A stretch of 37,830 nt of DNA, from assembly GCA_002413065.1 (NCBI GenBank), contig DHWH01000010.1, forward strand, positions 348 to 38,177, written 5' to 3'. A program made the position numbers and the translations under genes. Positions 9,426-18,176 of the stretch are shown piece by piece (position 1 is the stretch's first letter; each line of letters opens with the position of its first letter). This DNA comes from Patescibacteria group bacterium UBA5187. Its GTDB lineage: Bacteria; Patescibacteriota; Minisyncoccia; Phycocordibacterales; PALSA-1337. The notes below the pieces were generated by a model. It was not told where the DNA came from. It was given only the letters and a program-made list of their open reading frames with translations, and searched no databases.

Positions 9426-10482
9426 GGTTACGGGCCAGACAATCCATAATTTGCAGGCCAACTCCGGCCATGATAGCTGGCTTTTCGGCATGTTGCGCCT
9501 GCCCAAATATGGGGTAGAGACTTCATACCTCGAAATCGAGCAGTTTATTTCGGCCAAGCTGGCGCGGTTCCTGCGAAAACATATCCTGACGATGCATTAT
9601 GCTCATCTGCCGCTTTTTCCCTTATTTTTCAGATACGATGTAGTTTTTACTTCCACGGCATATGGGTCACTGATTCTCAAGGCATTGTTGCGTGTGAAGA
9701 AATTCAAATGGGTCATATTGGATTTCAATGTGCTGGGAACGATAGGCAATGAGAAAAAATTCAGGCAGAAAATATATGCGTGGGCGGTTTCGAAAGCTGA
9801 CGGTGTCGTCACGATATCACAAGCCGCAGCTGACGCTATGAAGAAAAGATTCCCTCATCTGGCTCACAAGATTATTTTTCTGCATGAGGCTACCGATCCG
9901 AATTACTTCAAACCGCAGCCGGATACTCGCCCGGATATTTCTGAAAATCCTGAGAAAAGTATTGTCATTTCGGTCGGTAACTTCGGGCGCGATTTCGATA
10001 CGCTTATCGAGGCAACAAAAGACCTCGGCGTCGAGTGTAGGCTGGCGACGAAATTGATTTCTCCGGAACGTGCGCGAATGTTGCCTCCGCATGTGACCGT
10101 CAAATTGTATAGTCATGCTGAAATGCTCAAAGCGTATGCCGAAGCAAAAATTGCTGTCGTGGGGATTTCATTGAAAGATGATTATTTTGACTCCGTAGGC
10201 ACGTTTGCAGTCGGGGAGGCTCTTTCCATGGGTAAACCTACTATTGTAACTCATACCAAAAGTATGGAGTCTTATATTCAGGATGGCGCAAATGCTTTTT
10301 TTGTCCCGTATAAGGATGCTGCAGCCCTAAAATCAAAAATAGAGGAACTTATGCAAGACGCGGCTCTTCGTAACAGGATAGGAAGCGAAGCTCGTACATT
10401 TGCTGTAGAATACCTTGATCCGGAGAGGTTCGCATCGCGTCTGGCGGATTTTTTAAAAAAAGTGCACTCTGATCCGCAATAG
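9391..10482 (+). CDS. Glycosyltransferase family 4
   Basis: 'VGTFAVGEALSMGKPTIVTHTKSMESYIQDGANAFFVP' is a GT4 core. ATG 9391 overlaps the upstream gene by 35 nt. ATG 9400 ('MKVLYLLNK') is an alternative start. Confidence 0.75.
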   Translation: MIYMKVLYLLNKVTGQTIHNLQANSGHDSWLFGMLRLPKYGVETSYLEIEQFISAKLARFLRKHILTMHYAHLPLFPLFFRYDVVFTSTAYGSLILKALLRVKKFKWVILDFNVLGTIGNEKKFRQKIYAWAVSKADGVVTISQAAADAMKKRFPHLAHKIIFLHEATDPNYFKPQPDTRPDISENPEKSIVISVGNFGRDFDTLIEATKDLGVECRLATKLISPERARMLPPHVTVKLYSHAEMLKAYAEAKIAVVGISLKDDYFDSVGTFAVGEALSMGKPTIVTHTKSMESYIQDGANAFFVPYKDAAALKSKIEELMQDAALRNRIGSEARTFAVEYLDPERFASRLADFLKKVHSDPQ

Positions 10483-10508
10483 TTTCAAATCATATTCGCA
10501 TACTACAT

Positions 10509-11246
10509 ATGGATAAAATCGATTTATCGATAGTCATACCCGCATACAATGAGGCTTCGCGCATCGGTGCGACTTTTGAAAGTCTGGAACGTCATTTTGC
10601 GCGCACAAAAATGTCTCACGAAATCATCGTTGTTGATGATGGGTCTTCCGATACGACATGCGCGGTTGTTGCTTCGTATGCTCCCCGGTTCAAGCATTTC
10701 CGCTTGCTCGAAAATAAGCTCAATAAGGGGAAGGGGTTTTCCGTTCGCCGAGGAATGCTCGAGGCACAGGGTGCATATCGACTATTCATGGATGCTGATA
10801 ATTCCGTGGATATTTCCCATATTGATGAGTTTTTGCGCCATGCCAGCGTATATCCCGATGTTGTGATCGGCTCTATCATGCTGAAGCAGGCGACAGTCCA
10901 TGAACATAGCGGCTGGCATCGTCGTATACTCGGGTATTTTTCGAAACTCTTGATCCGCGTTTGTGCGACTCCGGGGATCTATGATACCCAGCGCGGCTTC
11001 AAACTTTTTTCCGCCAAAGCGGCGCAGTCGATTTTTCTACGGCAGACGATAAAGCGCTTTGGCTTCGATATAGAAATTTTGCTGATTGCCCGGTTGATGG
11101 GATTTTCTGTGAAAGAACTTCCGGTCACATGGGACAATCCTGCCGGATCTACTGTCACGATCAAGTCCTATTTTCAGACATTATATGAACTTGCCCATAT
11201 AGTATATAATCGCATGATCGGAACATATAATGATCGCAAGGCCTAA
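10509..11246 (+). CDS. GT2 polyprenyl-phosphate glycosyltransferase (Dpm1/GtrB/ArnC-like)
   Basis: 'LSIVIPAYNEASRI', 'IIVVDDGSSDTT' and the DXD motif 'FMDADNS'. Its 245-aa length is typical of lipid-phosphate sugar synthases. Confidence 0.85.
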   Translation: MDKIDLSIVIPAYNEASRIGATFESLERHFARTKMSHEIIVVDDGSSDTTCAVVASYAPRFKHFRLLENKLNKGKGFSVRRGMLEAQGAYRLFMDADNSVDISHIDEFLRHASVYPDVVIGSIMLKQATVHEHSGWHRRILGYFSKLLIRVCATPGIYDTQRGFKLFSAKAAQSIFLRQTIKRFGFDIEILLIARLMGFSVKELPVTWDNPAGSTVTIKSYFQTLYELAHIVYNRMIGTYNDRKA

Positions 11247-12909
11247 CATGCATATGCAGAAAAGAAATATATACATACTAGTTATCGTTGGCGCGTTAGT
11301 ATGGACGGCGCTTCATATCCCTGGAATCACGTATGGAACATCCGACACCCCTCTGCATGTCTCGTACATGAGCGCAGACGAACAGTCGCCGATCAACGGG
11401 GCACTTCACATGCTTGAAAGTAAAAGCCTGCTGGGGCTGCGCAATGTACATACGCTTTATTATGGCCCCATTTTTGCAATGATAGGACTGCCGGCAATTG
11501 GTGCCGATTTTATCATTCATAGGATGAGCGGTGCGGTATCGGGAGCTCTCGGGTACAAGGAATTTGTCGTGTGGAATTGGGGCGGCATTCTTCTGTGCGC
11601 GCGCATTATTTCCGTACTTTTTGCCTATCTCGGATTAATGGCTATTTTTCTATTGTTCCGAACACGTAAATTCAATCCATCGCAGAACGCATGGATTCCG
11701 TTTGTGGCTGTAATTTTGCTCGGCTTCAACTATCTTTTCTTTGAATACTCGCATTTTTTCAGGCACTGGATATTCATAGTGGCCATTTTATTCTGGCAGA
11801 TATACGCATTAGTCCGCATTGTCGAACAGACAGAGCGCAGACGAGCATATTGGATCATTCACGTAGTGCTCACTGTTATTTCTTTCGGTATCAGTTATCT
11901 GGGAATCATCTATCAGATAATATGGCTGCCGGTTTTAATCCAATGGTTGAGAGAAAAAAAGTGGATGCAACTCAAGGAATGGATTGGATCAACCATCCTA
12001 GTTCTCGTAGGTTGTCTCCTGATAGTGGCATGGCATCCGTACGGCTTCAGCAGACTTTTGGGCATGGTGGGACTCATTACGCCGCCAGTTTTGAGCCAGG
12101 GTTCCGTTCTTGATCTGACGAGTGTTTCAAGCGGCAGCAACTCCTTTGTTTTTTATGCAGAGATTATTCTTCGTAATAATGTGTGGTTATGCATAGCAGG
12201 TCTCCTGCTTCTTATTGTTGGTATTCGCATGTGTAAAATACATACCCGTTACTGGACGTGGTCTATTTTATTAGCTGCTGTTGCAAACTATATTGTTTTC
12301 AGCATTCCTTTTCATCATGAAAGCCGATACATGCTACCCTCGGTCGTACTTATAGTCATTGCTACTCTCGGCTTGTTTTCGGTCATGTACTCGGAGCTGG
12401 GAAATCGTCGCGCAGTCATTCGCATTTCCGGAATCCTCATATGCATATCGCTTCTGTGGAGCCTTGTTCAATTCGTAGGCTGGCAAAGAATGATAGCTTC
12501 GGGGCCCGCGGAAAGGAGAGAGCTTGTTCCGCAGGTCATGGCATGGCAGGCACAAAATCCAGCGGCAAAAATTCTCATTGTTAAGAATTGGCCGATAGGA
12601 TATGTTCATACGCATGAAGCTTATGCGGATTACATAAAAAGGTATGAAAAGGAATCGACCAATTTGTGGCAATATATTCTGGCCTTGAAGGCGCCTGCAG
12701 GACTCGTGCCTCTCAATGCATACTATAAACATTCCATAGAGCCCCTTACTGAGCAGGACAGACGCATGTATGATCATGTAGTCATAACCCACGATCCTAA
12801 AACCGACGCAGACGTTATCGATATAAGTCCGCAGGATCAGTTCGATTTACATCCATGGACCGTGTGGGATTATGCCCGTTACCAGGAAACGTATGAAATT
12901 ATAAAATAA
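11230..12909 (+). CDS. Large polytopic membrane protein, probable GT-C-type (ArnT/PMT-like) glycosyltransferase
   Basis: 559 aa with at least 10 hydrophobic segments. It lies immediately downstream of the GT2 lipid-sugar synthase. Alternative starts are ATG 11248 and 11254, just after the GT2 stop. No sharp catalytic motif was recognised. Confidence 0.55.
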   Translation: MIARPNMHMQKRNIYILVIVGALVWTALHIPGITYGTSDTPLHVSYMSADEQSPINGALHMLESKSLLGLRNVHTLYYGPIFAMIGLPAIGADFIIHRMSGAVSGALGYKEFVVWNWGGILLCARIISVLFAYLGLMAIFLLFRTRKFNPSQNAWIPFVAVILLGFNYLFFEYSHFFRHWIFIVAILFWQIYALVRIVEQTERRRAYWIIHVVLTVISFGISYLGIIYQIIWLPVLIQWLREKKWMQLKEWIGSTILVLVGCLLIVAWHPYGFSRLLGMVGLITPPVLSQGSVLDLTSVSSGSNSFVFYAEIILRNNVWLCIAGLLLLIVGIRMCKIHTRYWTWSILLAAVANYIVFSIPFHHESRYMLPSVVLIVIATLGLFSVMYSELGNRRAVIRISGILICISLLWSLVQFVGWQRMIASGPAERRELVPQVMAWQAQNPAAKILIVKNWPIGYVHTHEAYADYIKRYEKESTNLWQYILALKAPAGLVPLNAYYKHSIEPLTEQDRRMYDHVVITHDPKTDADVIDISPQDQFDLHPWTVWDYARYQETYEIIK

Positions 12910-12918
12910 TATTCCATC

Positions 12919-13533
12919 ATGCCTACACCATGGAGAAAAGGATTATATGCGAGCATCGCGAACCTGGAACTCTCAGGCAAAGTTCTCGATGTGGGAGGTT
13001 CGCGCAAATCCGGATATCATGAATTATTTTCAGGTACGCATACCATCGAAGTTGTGAATCTCGATGACATGTCCGGTCTTGATCTCAAGTTTGATCTGGA
13101 AAAGCCATTTCCACTTTCTGATGGAACATATGATTCCGTCCTGGCTTTCAATGTTCTTGAACATATTTTTAATTACCGCGAATTTTTGAAGGAATGTTTT
13201 CGTGTCTTGAGGCCGGGCGGCGTGCTCATTATCGGCGTACCTTTTCTTATTCAAGTGCACCCATCTCCGCATGACTATTGGAGATACACTGAAGAAAATC
13301 TGCAGCTTACGCTGAAGTCATCGGGATTTTCAAATATCTCTTTGAAAGCGGTAGGAAAAGGTCCGCTTACGGCGTCAGTTCAGCTTATAAGCGGAATCTT
13401 GAGAATTGCGGTATTACGCGCGATATGCGAATATCTCGCGAGGTTCGGCGACTATATTCTCGGTTTCCTTTCATCTCCCGCCAAGTTGCGGAATATGTAT
13501 CCTTTGGGGTATTTCATTATTGCGCGTAAATGA
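12919..13533 (+). CDS. Class I SAM-dependent methyltransferase
   Basis: 'KVLDVGGSRKSG' is motif I. 'AFNVLEHIFNYREFLKECFRVLRPGGVLIIGVPF' is Methyltransf_11-like. Confidence 0.8.
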   Translation: MPTPWRKGLYASIANLELSGKVLDVGGSRKSGYHELFSGTHTIEVVNLDDMSGLDLKFDLEKPFPLSDGTYDSVLAFNVLEHIFNYREFLKECFRVLRPGGVLIIGVPFLIQVHPSPHDYWRYTEENLQLTLKSSGFSNISLKAVGKGPLTASVQLISGILRIAVLRAICEYLARFGDYILGFLSSPAKLRNMYPLGYFIIARK

Positions 13534-13534
13534 T

Positions 13535-14620
13535 ATGAAAATCCTTTATTTTGGTATTTTCGATCCGACTTTCTCGCGTAATAAAATCTACGCGGAAGGG
13601 TTGCGCCAGAATGGGGTCAAGGTCATTGTTTGCACGGATACGGGCAAAGGCTTTCGGAAATTCTGGAATTTATTCCGCAAACACCACGCGCTCGTGCGCG
13701 CCGCCGCGCATACTTCAAAACCTGCGTATGATGCCATAATCGTCGGATTTCCTGGTTACATCATCGTTCCGTTCGCTCGGCTTATAAAAAAACGTGGTGT
13801 GCCTCTCATATTCGATGCGCTCTGTTCATTTTATGAGACGCAGATCGTTTCTCGCAATGCATATCAGGGTAATCCTTTCAGGATCGTGTATGTACGAATG
13901 ATCGACTGGCTTGCTACACGGTGTGCGGACAAAATCCTCCTGGAGACCGAACACCAGAAAAAATATTTCGTACATAAGCTGGGTGTACGTCCGGAAAAAT
14001 GTATTGTCACGTACACTGGCGTTGATGATTCGCAATTGTATGCCGATGAGTCGGTTAAAAAATCCGATAGGTTCACTGTGCTTTTTCGAGGACGCATCAC
14101 CCGGGAAGCGGGAGCCGTGCATGTACTGCGTGCCGCCAAACTTCTTGAAAAAGAAAATATCCAGTTTTTGATCATTGGTTTCGGATGGGGAGATGCTGTT
14201 GCGGAGTTCAATGCTGTCATGGCGGAACTTAAGCCTGCGAACGTGAAGCATATTTCCAAGCAGCTGCCTCCCGATGAATTGCGGGCTTTGATGTTGCCAT
14301 GCCATGCCAGTCTGGGGCAATTCGAAAATAATGAGAGACTGAGACGGACGATTCCTCATAAAGCTTTTGAAGCATTGGTCATGAAATTGCCGTATGTGAC
14401 CGCCCGCGCGGAAGGTATTTCAGAAATTCTGACAGATGGCGAAAATTGTCTGATGGTCGCTCCTGCCAATCCCAAGGATTTGGCGTCCAAGATCAAAATG
14501 TTGAGGGATGATCGTGCACTTGCCGAGAAATTGGCGGATAATGGATTTGCATTGTACACGCAAGTTTTTGCACCAAAAGTGATCGTACAGCCGATCATCG
14601 ACGAATTAGGAAACCTTTGA
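13535..14620 (+). CDS. Glycosyltransferase family 4
   Basis: ATG 13535 follows the upstream TGA (13531-13533) by 1 nt. The protein starts 'MKILYFGIFDP'. The C-terminal 'IPHKAFEALVMKLPYVTARAEGISEILTDGENCLMV' is a GT-B core. The 5' extension in the ORF track (13406) overlaps the previous gene and is rejected. Confidence 0.8.
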   Translation: MKILYFGIFDPTFSRNKIYAEGLRQNGVKVIVCTDTGKGFRKFWNLFRKHHALVRAAAHTSKPAYDAIIVGFPGYIIVPFARLIKKRGVPLIFDALCSFYETQIVSRNAYQGNPFRIVYVRMIDWLATRCADKILLETEHQKKYFVHKLGVRPEKCIVTYTGVDDSQLYADESVKKSDRFTVLFRGRITREAGAVHVLRAAKLLEKENIQFLIIGFGWGDAVAEFNAVMAELKPANVKHISKQLPPDELRALMLPCHASLGQFENNERLRRTIPHKAFEALVMKLPYVTARAEGISEILTDGENCLMVAPANPKDLASKIKMLRDDRALAEKLADNGFALYTQVFAPKVIVQPIIDELGNL

Positions 14621-14634
14621 TGATATGAAAAATC

Positions 14635-15489
14635 ATGAAGCAAACCATTAAAAAATATATTCCACAGAAAGTATGGCAGGGAGTCCGTAGTTTTCTTATT
14701 TCCATTCGGACTCTTTTGGAGAATCTAGGTCCCTCGATCCGAACCGTGAACTATTGCGGGTACGATCTGTATTACAATTCCGGAAACTCGATCATTCGCC
14801 GGCTTAGAGATGCCGATTCATTCGAATCGGGAACGTGCGACAGTATTGAGCAGGAATTGAAAAAACACGTACAGAAAAATGAGCAGGCTGTGCTTCTCGA
14901 TATTGGTGCAAACCTTGGTCTGATCAGCCTGCGTGTTGCTCGTAATGTGCCACAGGCCCATATATATGCATTTGAGCCGGGACCAAAACAATATTCTCTT
15001 TTGAAAAAAACGCTTGACGCGAACAATCTTTCGGCACGAATACATGCAGCCAATGTTGCTTTATCAGACACTACTGGCACTCAGAAATTTTTTATTCATC
15101 CAAAGAGGGATATGGCCAAAGATGGTCTTCGCGATACAAAAAGAGGAGAGTCCACGATAGCTATTGAAGTCAAAACAATGACTGCGGATGCATGGTGGAT
15201 GGAAGCAGGGAAACCGCGTATTGATGTGGTCAAGATCGATACGGAAGGTGCCGAATTATTGGTTTTGCGCGGCGCTACCAATCTTTTGATGCAGTGCAGG
15301 CCCGCCATTATATTGGAAATTGAGTCATTAAATTTGCGCGCATATCCATATGCGCCTGCGGATATCGTTAGATTCTTGGGAGACAAAAGATATACTCTGC
15401 GCACGCTTGACGGCCTATTGGTAACGAATGAAAATATCGATGCAGTTATCGAAACAGGTGTCGATACGTATATTGCATTGCCATCATGA
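14635..15489 (+). CDS. FkbM-family methyltransferase
   Basis: 'LLDIGANLGLISL', 'AFEPGPKQYSLLKKTL' and 'IDVVKIDTEGAELLVLRGA' are the hallmark blocks of FkbM-type methyltransferases. Confidence 0.8.
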   Translation: MKQTIKKYIPQKVWQGVRSFLISIRTLLENLGPSIRTVNYCGYDLYYNSGNSIIRRLRDADSFESGTCDSIEQELKKHVQKNEQAVLLDIGANLGLISLRVARNVPQAHIYAFEPGPKQYSLLKKTLDANNLSARIHAANVALSDTTGTQKFFIHPKRDMAKDGLRDTKRGESTIAIEVKTMTADAWWMEAGKPRIDVVKIDTEGAELLVLRGATNLLMQCRPAIILEIESLNLRAYPYAPADIVRFLGDKRYTLRTLDGLLVTNENIDAVIETGVDTYIALPS

Positions 15490-16592
15490 TACAAATTCAA
15501 ACAATGGATCCCAAGATAATTTCTATTTTTCTGGCCGAACGCAGGGGAACGGGTCCGGACGTATTTTTTGTTGATTCTGCCAACAAGAAAATCCAGCAGA
15601 ATCAGGCACTCTTCAAGCCGCAGTACCAATTTGCCTATGACGTGCAATTCGTTTCTGACATCGAAAAAGCGGACATGGTGATGATACCGCAGCCGATTTA
15701 TGAAGATTCTCCCGAGACACGCGAATATGTGAAGGGGATCACTCGACTTGCCGTGCGCACCTCATCGCATAGCTCGTCCAGTACTTCGCCGCATACAATT
15801 CCCACACTGCTTTTTATCGGCGGTGATCTGTCGCACACATTGAATTTTCCTGGGACATTCGTATTGAAAGCTACGCAGTACAAATCACTCCTTAAACTCA
15901 ATGACGTCATCATTCCGGCATTCTGCGAAGATTTCGGCTTGCTGTACGGAATGAATATTCGAAAGAAAAGTGCCAAGCCGGTAGTCAGTTTTTGCGGCTG
16001 GGCAGGTTTTCCTACGTTTCGCAATCGAGCAAAATATCTCATTCGCAACTTTATCATTGAATTGAAAAAGCTCATTAAGTTCGATCCGTCACTGGAAGTA
16101 TTCAAAAAGGGAATATATTTCCGGAGAAAAGCATTGAGGCTGTTGTCGAACAGCGGTCTTGTCCAGGCAAAATTCATTACTAGGAATTCATTTTCCGGGC
16201 ATTCCAAGACGATCTCGCTTTCTCCTGAGCAGGCCAGAGAGGAATACGTAGCGAACATGCTTGATTCCGATTTTGTCTTGGCTCCAAAAGGCGACGGGAA
16301 TTACTCGGTGCGATTTTTCGAGGCATTATCATGCGGACGCATTCCTATCCTTATCGATACTGATGTATGTTTGCCGCTGGAAGATGTTATCGACTATTCA
16401 AAGTTCATTATCCGCGTCAATCATCGTGATATCAAAAAACTTCCTGAAATAGTCTCGCGCGTGTACGAAAGCCTTTCTGACGAAAAGTTTGCCGACATGC
16501 AAAAAGCCGCCCGACAGGCTTTTGAAACATATTTGAGATATGATTCATTTTTCAATACGATTTTGCCTCAAATTTGCCTTAAAAATAAGTAA
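15486..16592 (+). CDS. Exostosin (GT47)-like glycosyltransferase
   Basis: 'DFVLAPKGDGNYSVRFFEALSCGRIPILIDTD' matches the conserved C-terminal exostosin block (F.L.P.G.....R..EAL..G.IP). The ATG overlaps the upstream TGA (ATGA). Confidence 0.6.
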   Translation: MIQIQTMDPKIISIFLAERRGTGPDVFFVDSANKKIQQNQALFKPQYQFAYDVQFVSDIEKADMVMIPQPIYEDSPETREYVKGITRLAVRTSSHSSSSTSPHTIPTLLFIGGDLSHTLNFPGTFVLKATQYKSLLKLNDVIIPAFCEDFGLLYGMNIRKKSAKPVVSFCGWAGFPTFRNRAKYLIRNFIIELKKLIKFDPSLEVFKKGIYFRRKALRLLSNSGLVQAKFITRNSFSGHSKTISLSPEQAREEYVANMLDSDFVLAPKGDGNYSVRFFEALSCGRIPILIDTDVCLPLEDVIDYSKFIIRVNHRDIKKLPEIVSRVYESLSDEKFADMQKAARQAFETYLRYDSFFNTILPQICLKNK

Positions 16593-16666
16593 GGATATTA
16601 ATGAGAAAATATTAGGACACGCCAGGCTCTTTGTGGGGCACCAGTTGTATGTTATTATTTCCCGTT

Positions 16667-18176
16667 ATGAGCCAGATGAAAGAACTATCTACAGACATTC
16701 TTATTATAGGGGCGGGTCCTGCGGGAATGGCTGCAGCTATGGAACTTTCCAAGGCAAAAAAAGATTTCATTATCATTGAACGATCGGCATCTGTCGGCGG
16801 CCTTTCCAAAACCTATGCGTTCAAAGAGGGCGATCTGACATTCTATACCGACAATGGTCCCCATCGTTTCTTCTCAAAAAATCCCTATTTGTACGAGTTC
16901 ATCGGCGATCTGCTCAAGGAACAGTGGATAAAAGTAATCCGTCAGACTCGCCAATTCATTGACGGAAAATTTTATGATTATCCGGTGAATGCGCCGCAAG
17001 CCCTTCGCAATATGGGACTCATCAAGTCGGCCCATGTCGGGTTTGATTATTTCTGGGCCAAGATCGTATATGGCGTTTTCAAGAAACCAGTCAAGAATTT
17101 TGAAGATTACGTGATCGCCAATTTCGGGCGTTCGCTGGGAGATTTTAATATTATAAATTATACGGAAAAAGTCTGGGGCATCCCTGCGGCTGAAATTCAT
17201 CCTGACTGGGCGACCCAGCGCATCAAGGGGCTTGATCTCTTGGCGGTCATGAAAGATACGATCCGCCGCGTGATGAAGAAAAAAAGCGCCAGTGGTGCTG
17301 GTGCACCCAAGTCTCTTGTTGACGTGTTTTATTATCCGGATCAGGGGACAGGACTTATTTATGAAACCATACGCGCGCGCCTCGAAGAGCAAGGGTATGT
17401 CATCATGCTCAATTCGTCTCCGAAAGAAATTCAATGCACAAATGGAAAGATGACCAAAGCAATTATCGATACGCCTGAGGGGGGAAATTGCCATAAAATT
17501 CAACTCGCTCGTAGAGTCCGTGCCGATGACCGAATTTATAAAAATCCTGAAGCCTGCCGCACCGCAAAGGGTCATCAAGGCGCTTGCATCCCTTCGTCAC
17601 CGCAGTCAGGTATATATGTTCGTCACGCTTGATAAGGAATCGGTTACAAAGGATCAGTGGATCTATTTTCCATCCCAGAATATTCCCATTGGCCGTGTCA
17701 GTGAAATGAAGAATTTCAGCACATTCATGAGTCCGCCAGGAAAGACATCTTTGTTCTTGGAATTTTTCTGTTTTGAAAATGATTCCGTCTGGAATATGAC
17801 TGCGGATGAGCTCTATGAATATATGATGCCGCACGTGGAAAAAGTCGGCCTATTCACTCGCAAGGAAGTTCGCAAATACTACCTGATCAAGCAGAAAAAT
17901 GTATATCCGATATACGATCTCGATTATAAGAATCCTCTCGGTGTAGCCAAGGAGTTTCTCAATAATTTCAAGAATCTCTACTACATAGGCAGGCCCGGAC
18001 GCTTCCGCTACAACAATCAGGACCACTCCCTGGAAATGGGCATGTGCGCGGCCAAGAGCATTATCGAAGGGAAACACTACGATATCGAATCGATCGGCGA
18101 AGAGAAAGAGTACTATGAAAAAGGTTCGGTGCACGATGCGACGTCCAAACACGAGACAGTGCCCAAGAATGCATGA
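16667..18176 (+). pseudogene. FAD/NAD(P)-binding oxidoreductase (amine-oxidase/protoporphyrinogen-oxidase-like, the type seen in polysaccharide loci), split by a 1-nt insertion in a G6 run
   Basis: Dinucleotide-binding motif 'ILIIGAGPAGMAAA'. ORFs 16631..17632 and 17520..18176 are two halves of one protein. Removing one G from GAGGGGGGA (G run 17479-17484) restores '...AIIDTPEGEIAIKFNSLVESVPMTEFIKILKP...' and yields a single ORF of about 502 aa. Confidence 0.75.

Noticed and set aside
13406-13534. 5' extensions proposed by the ORF track for several genes: 13406 for the GT4, 24004 for murB, 28337 for the zinc-ribbon ORF, 28461 for the NUDIX gene, 29047 for the AI-2E transporter, 16631 for the oxidoreductase and 34770 for the HTH-TM protein
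   Set aside because: The extensions overlap the preceding gene or a structured intergenic region and encode non-conserved, odd-composition peptides. In each case an internal ATG starts the conserved domain right after the upstream stop codon.
16874-17578. 234-aa antisense ORF inside the FAD-oxidoreductase gene. Similar long antisense ORFs occur at 36769..37482, 15096..15647, 15698..16258, 13826..14359 and 12334..12792.
   Set aside because: Each lies entirely opposite a gene with strong family motifs. They have no recognisable motifs and show skewed composition (Arg, Ser and Cys rich). They are typical shadow ORFs.
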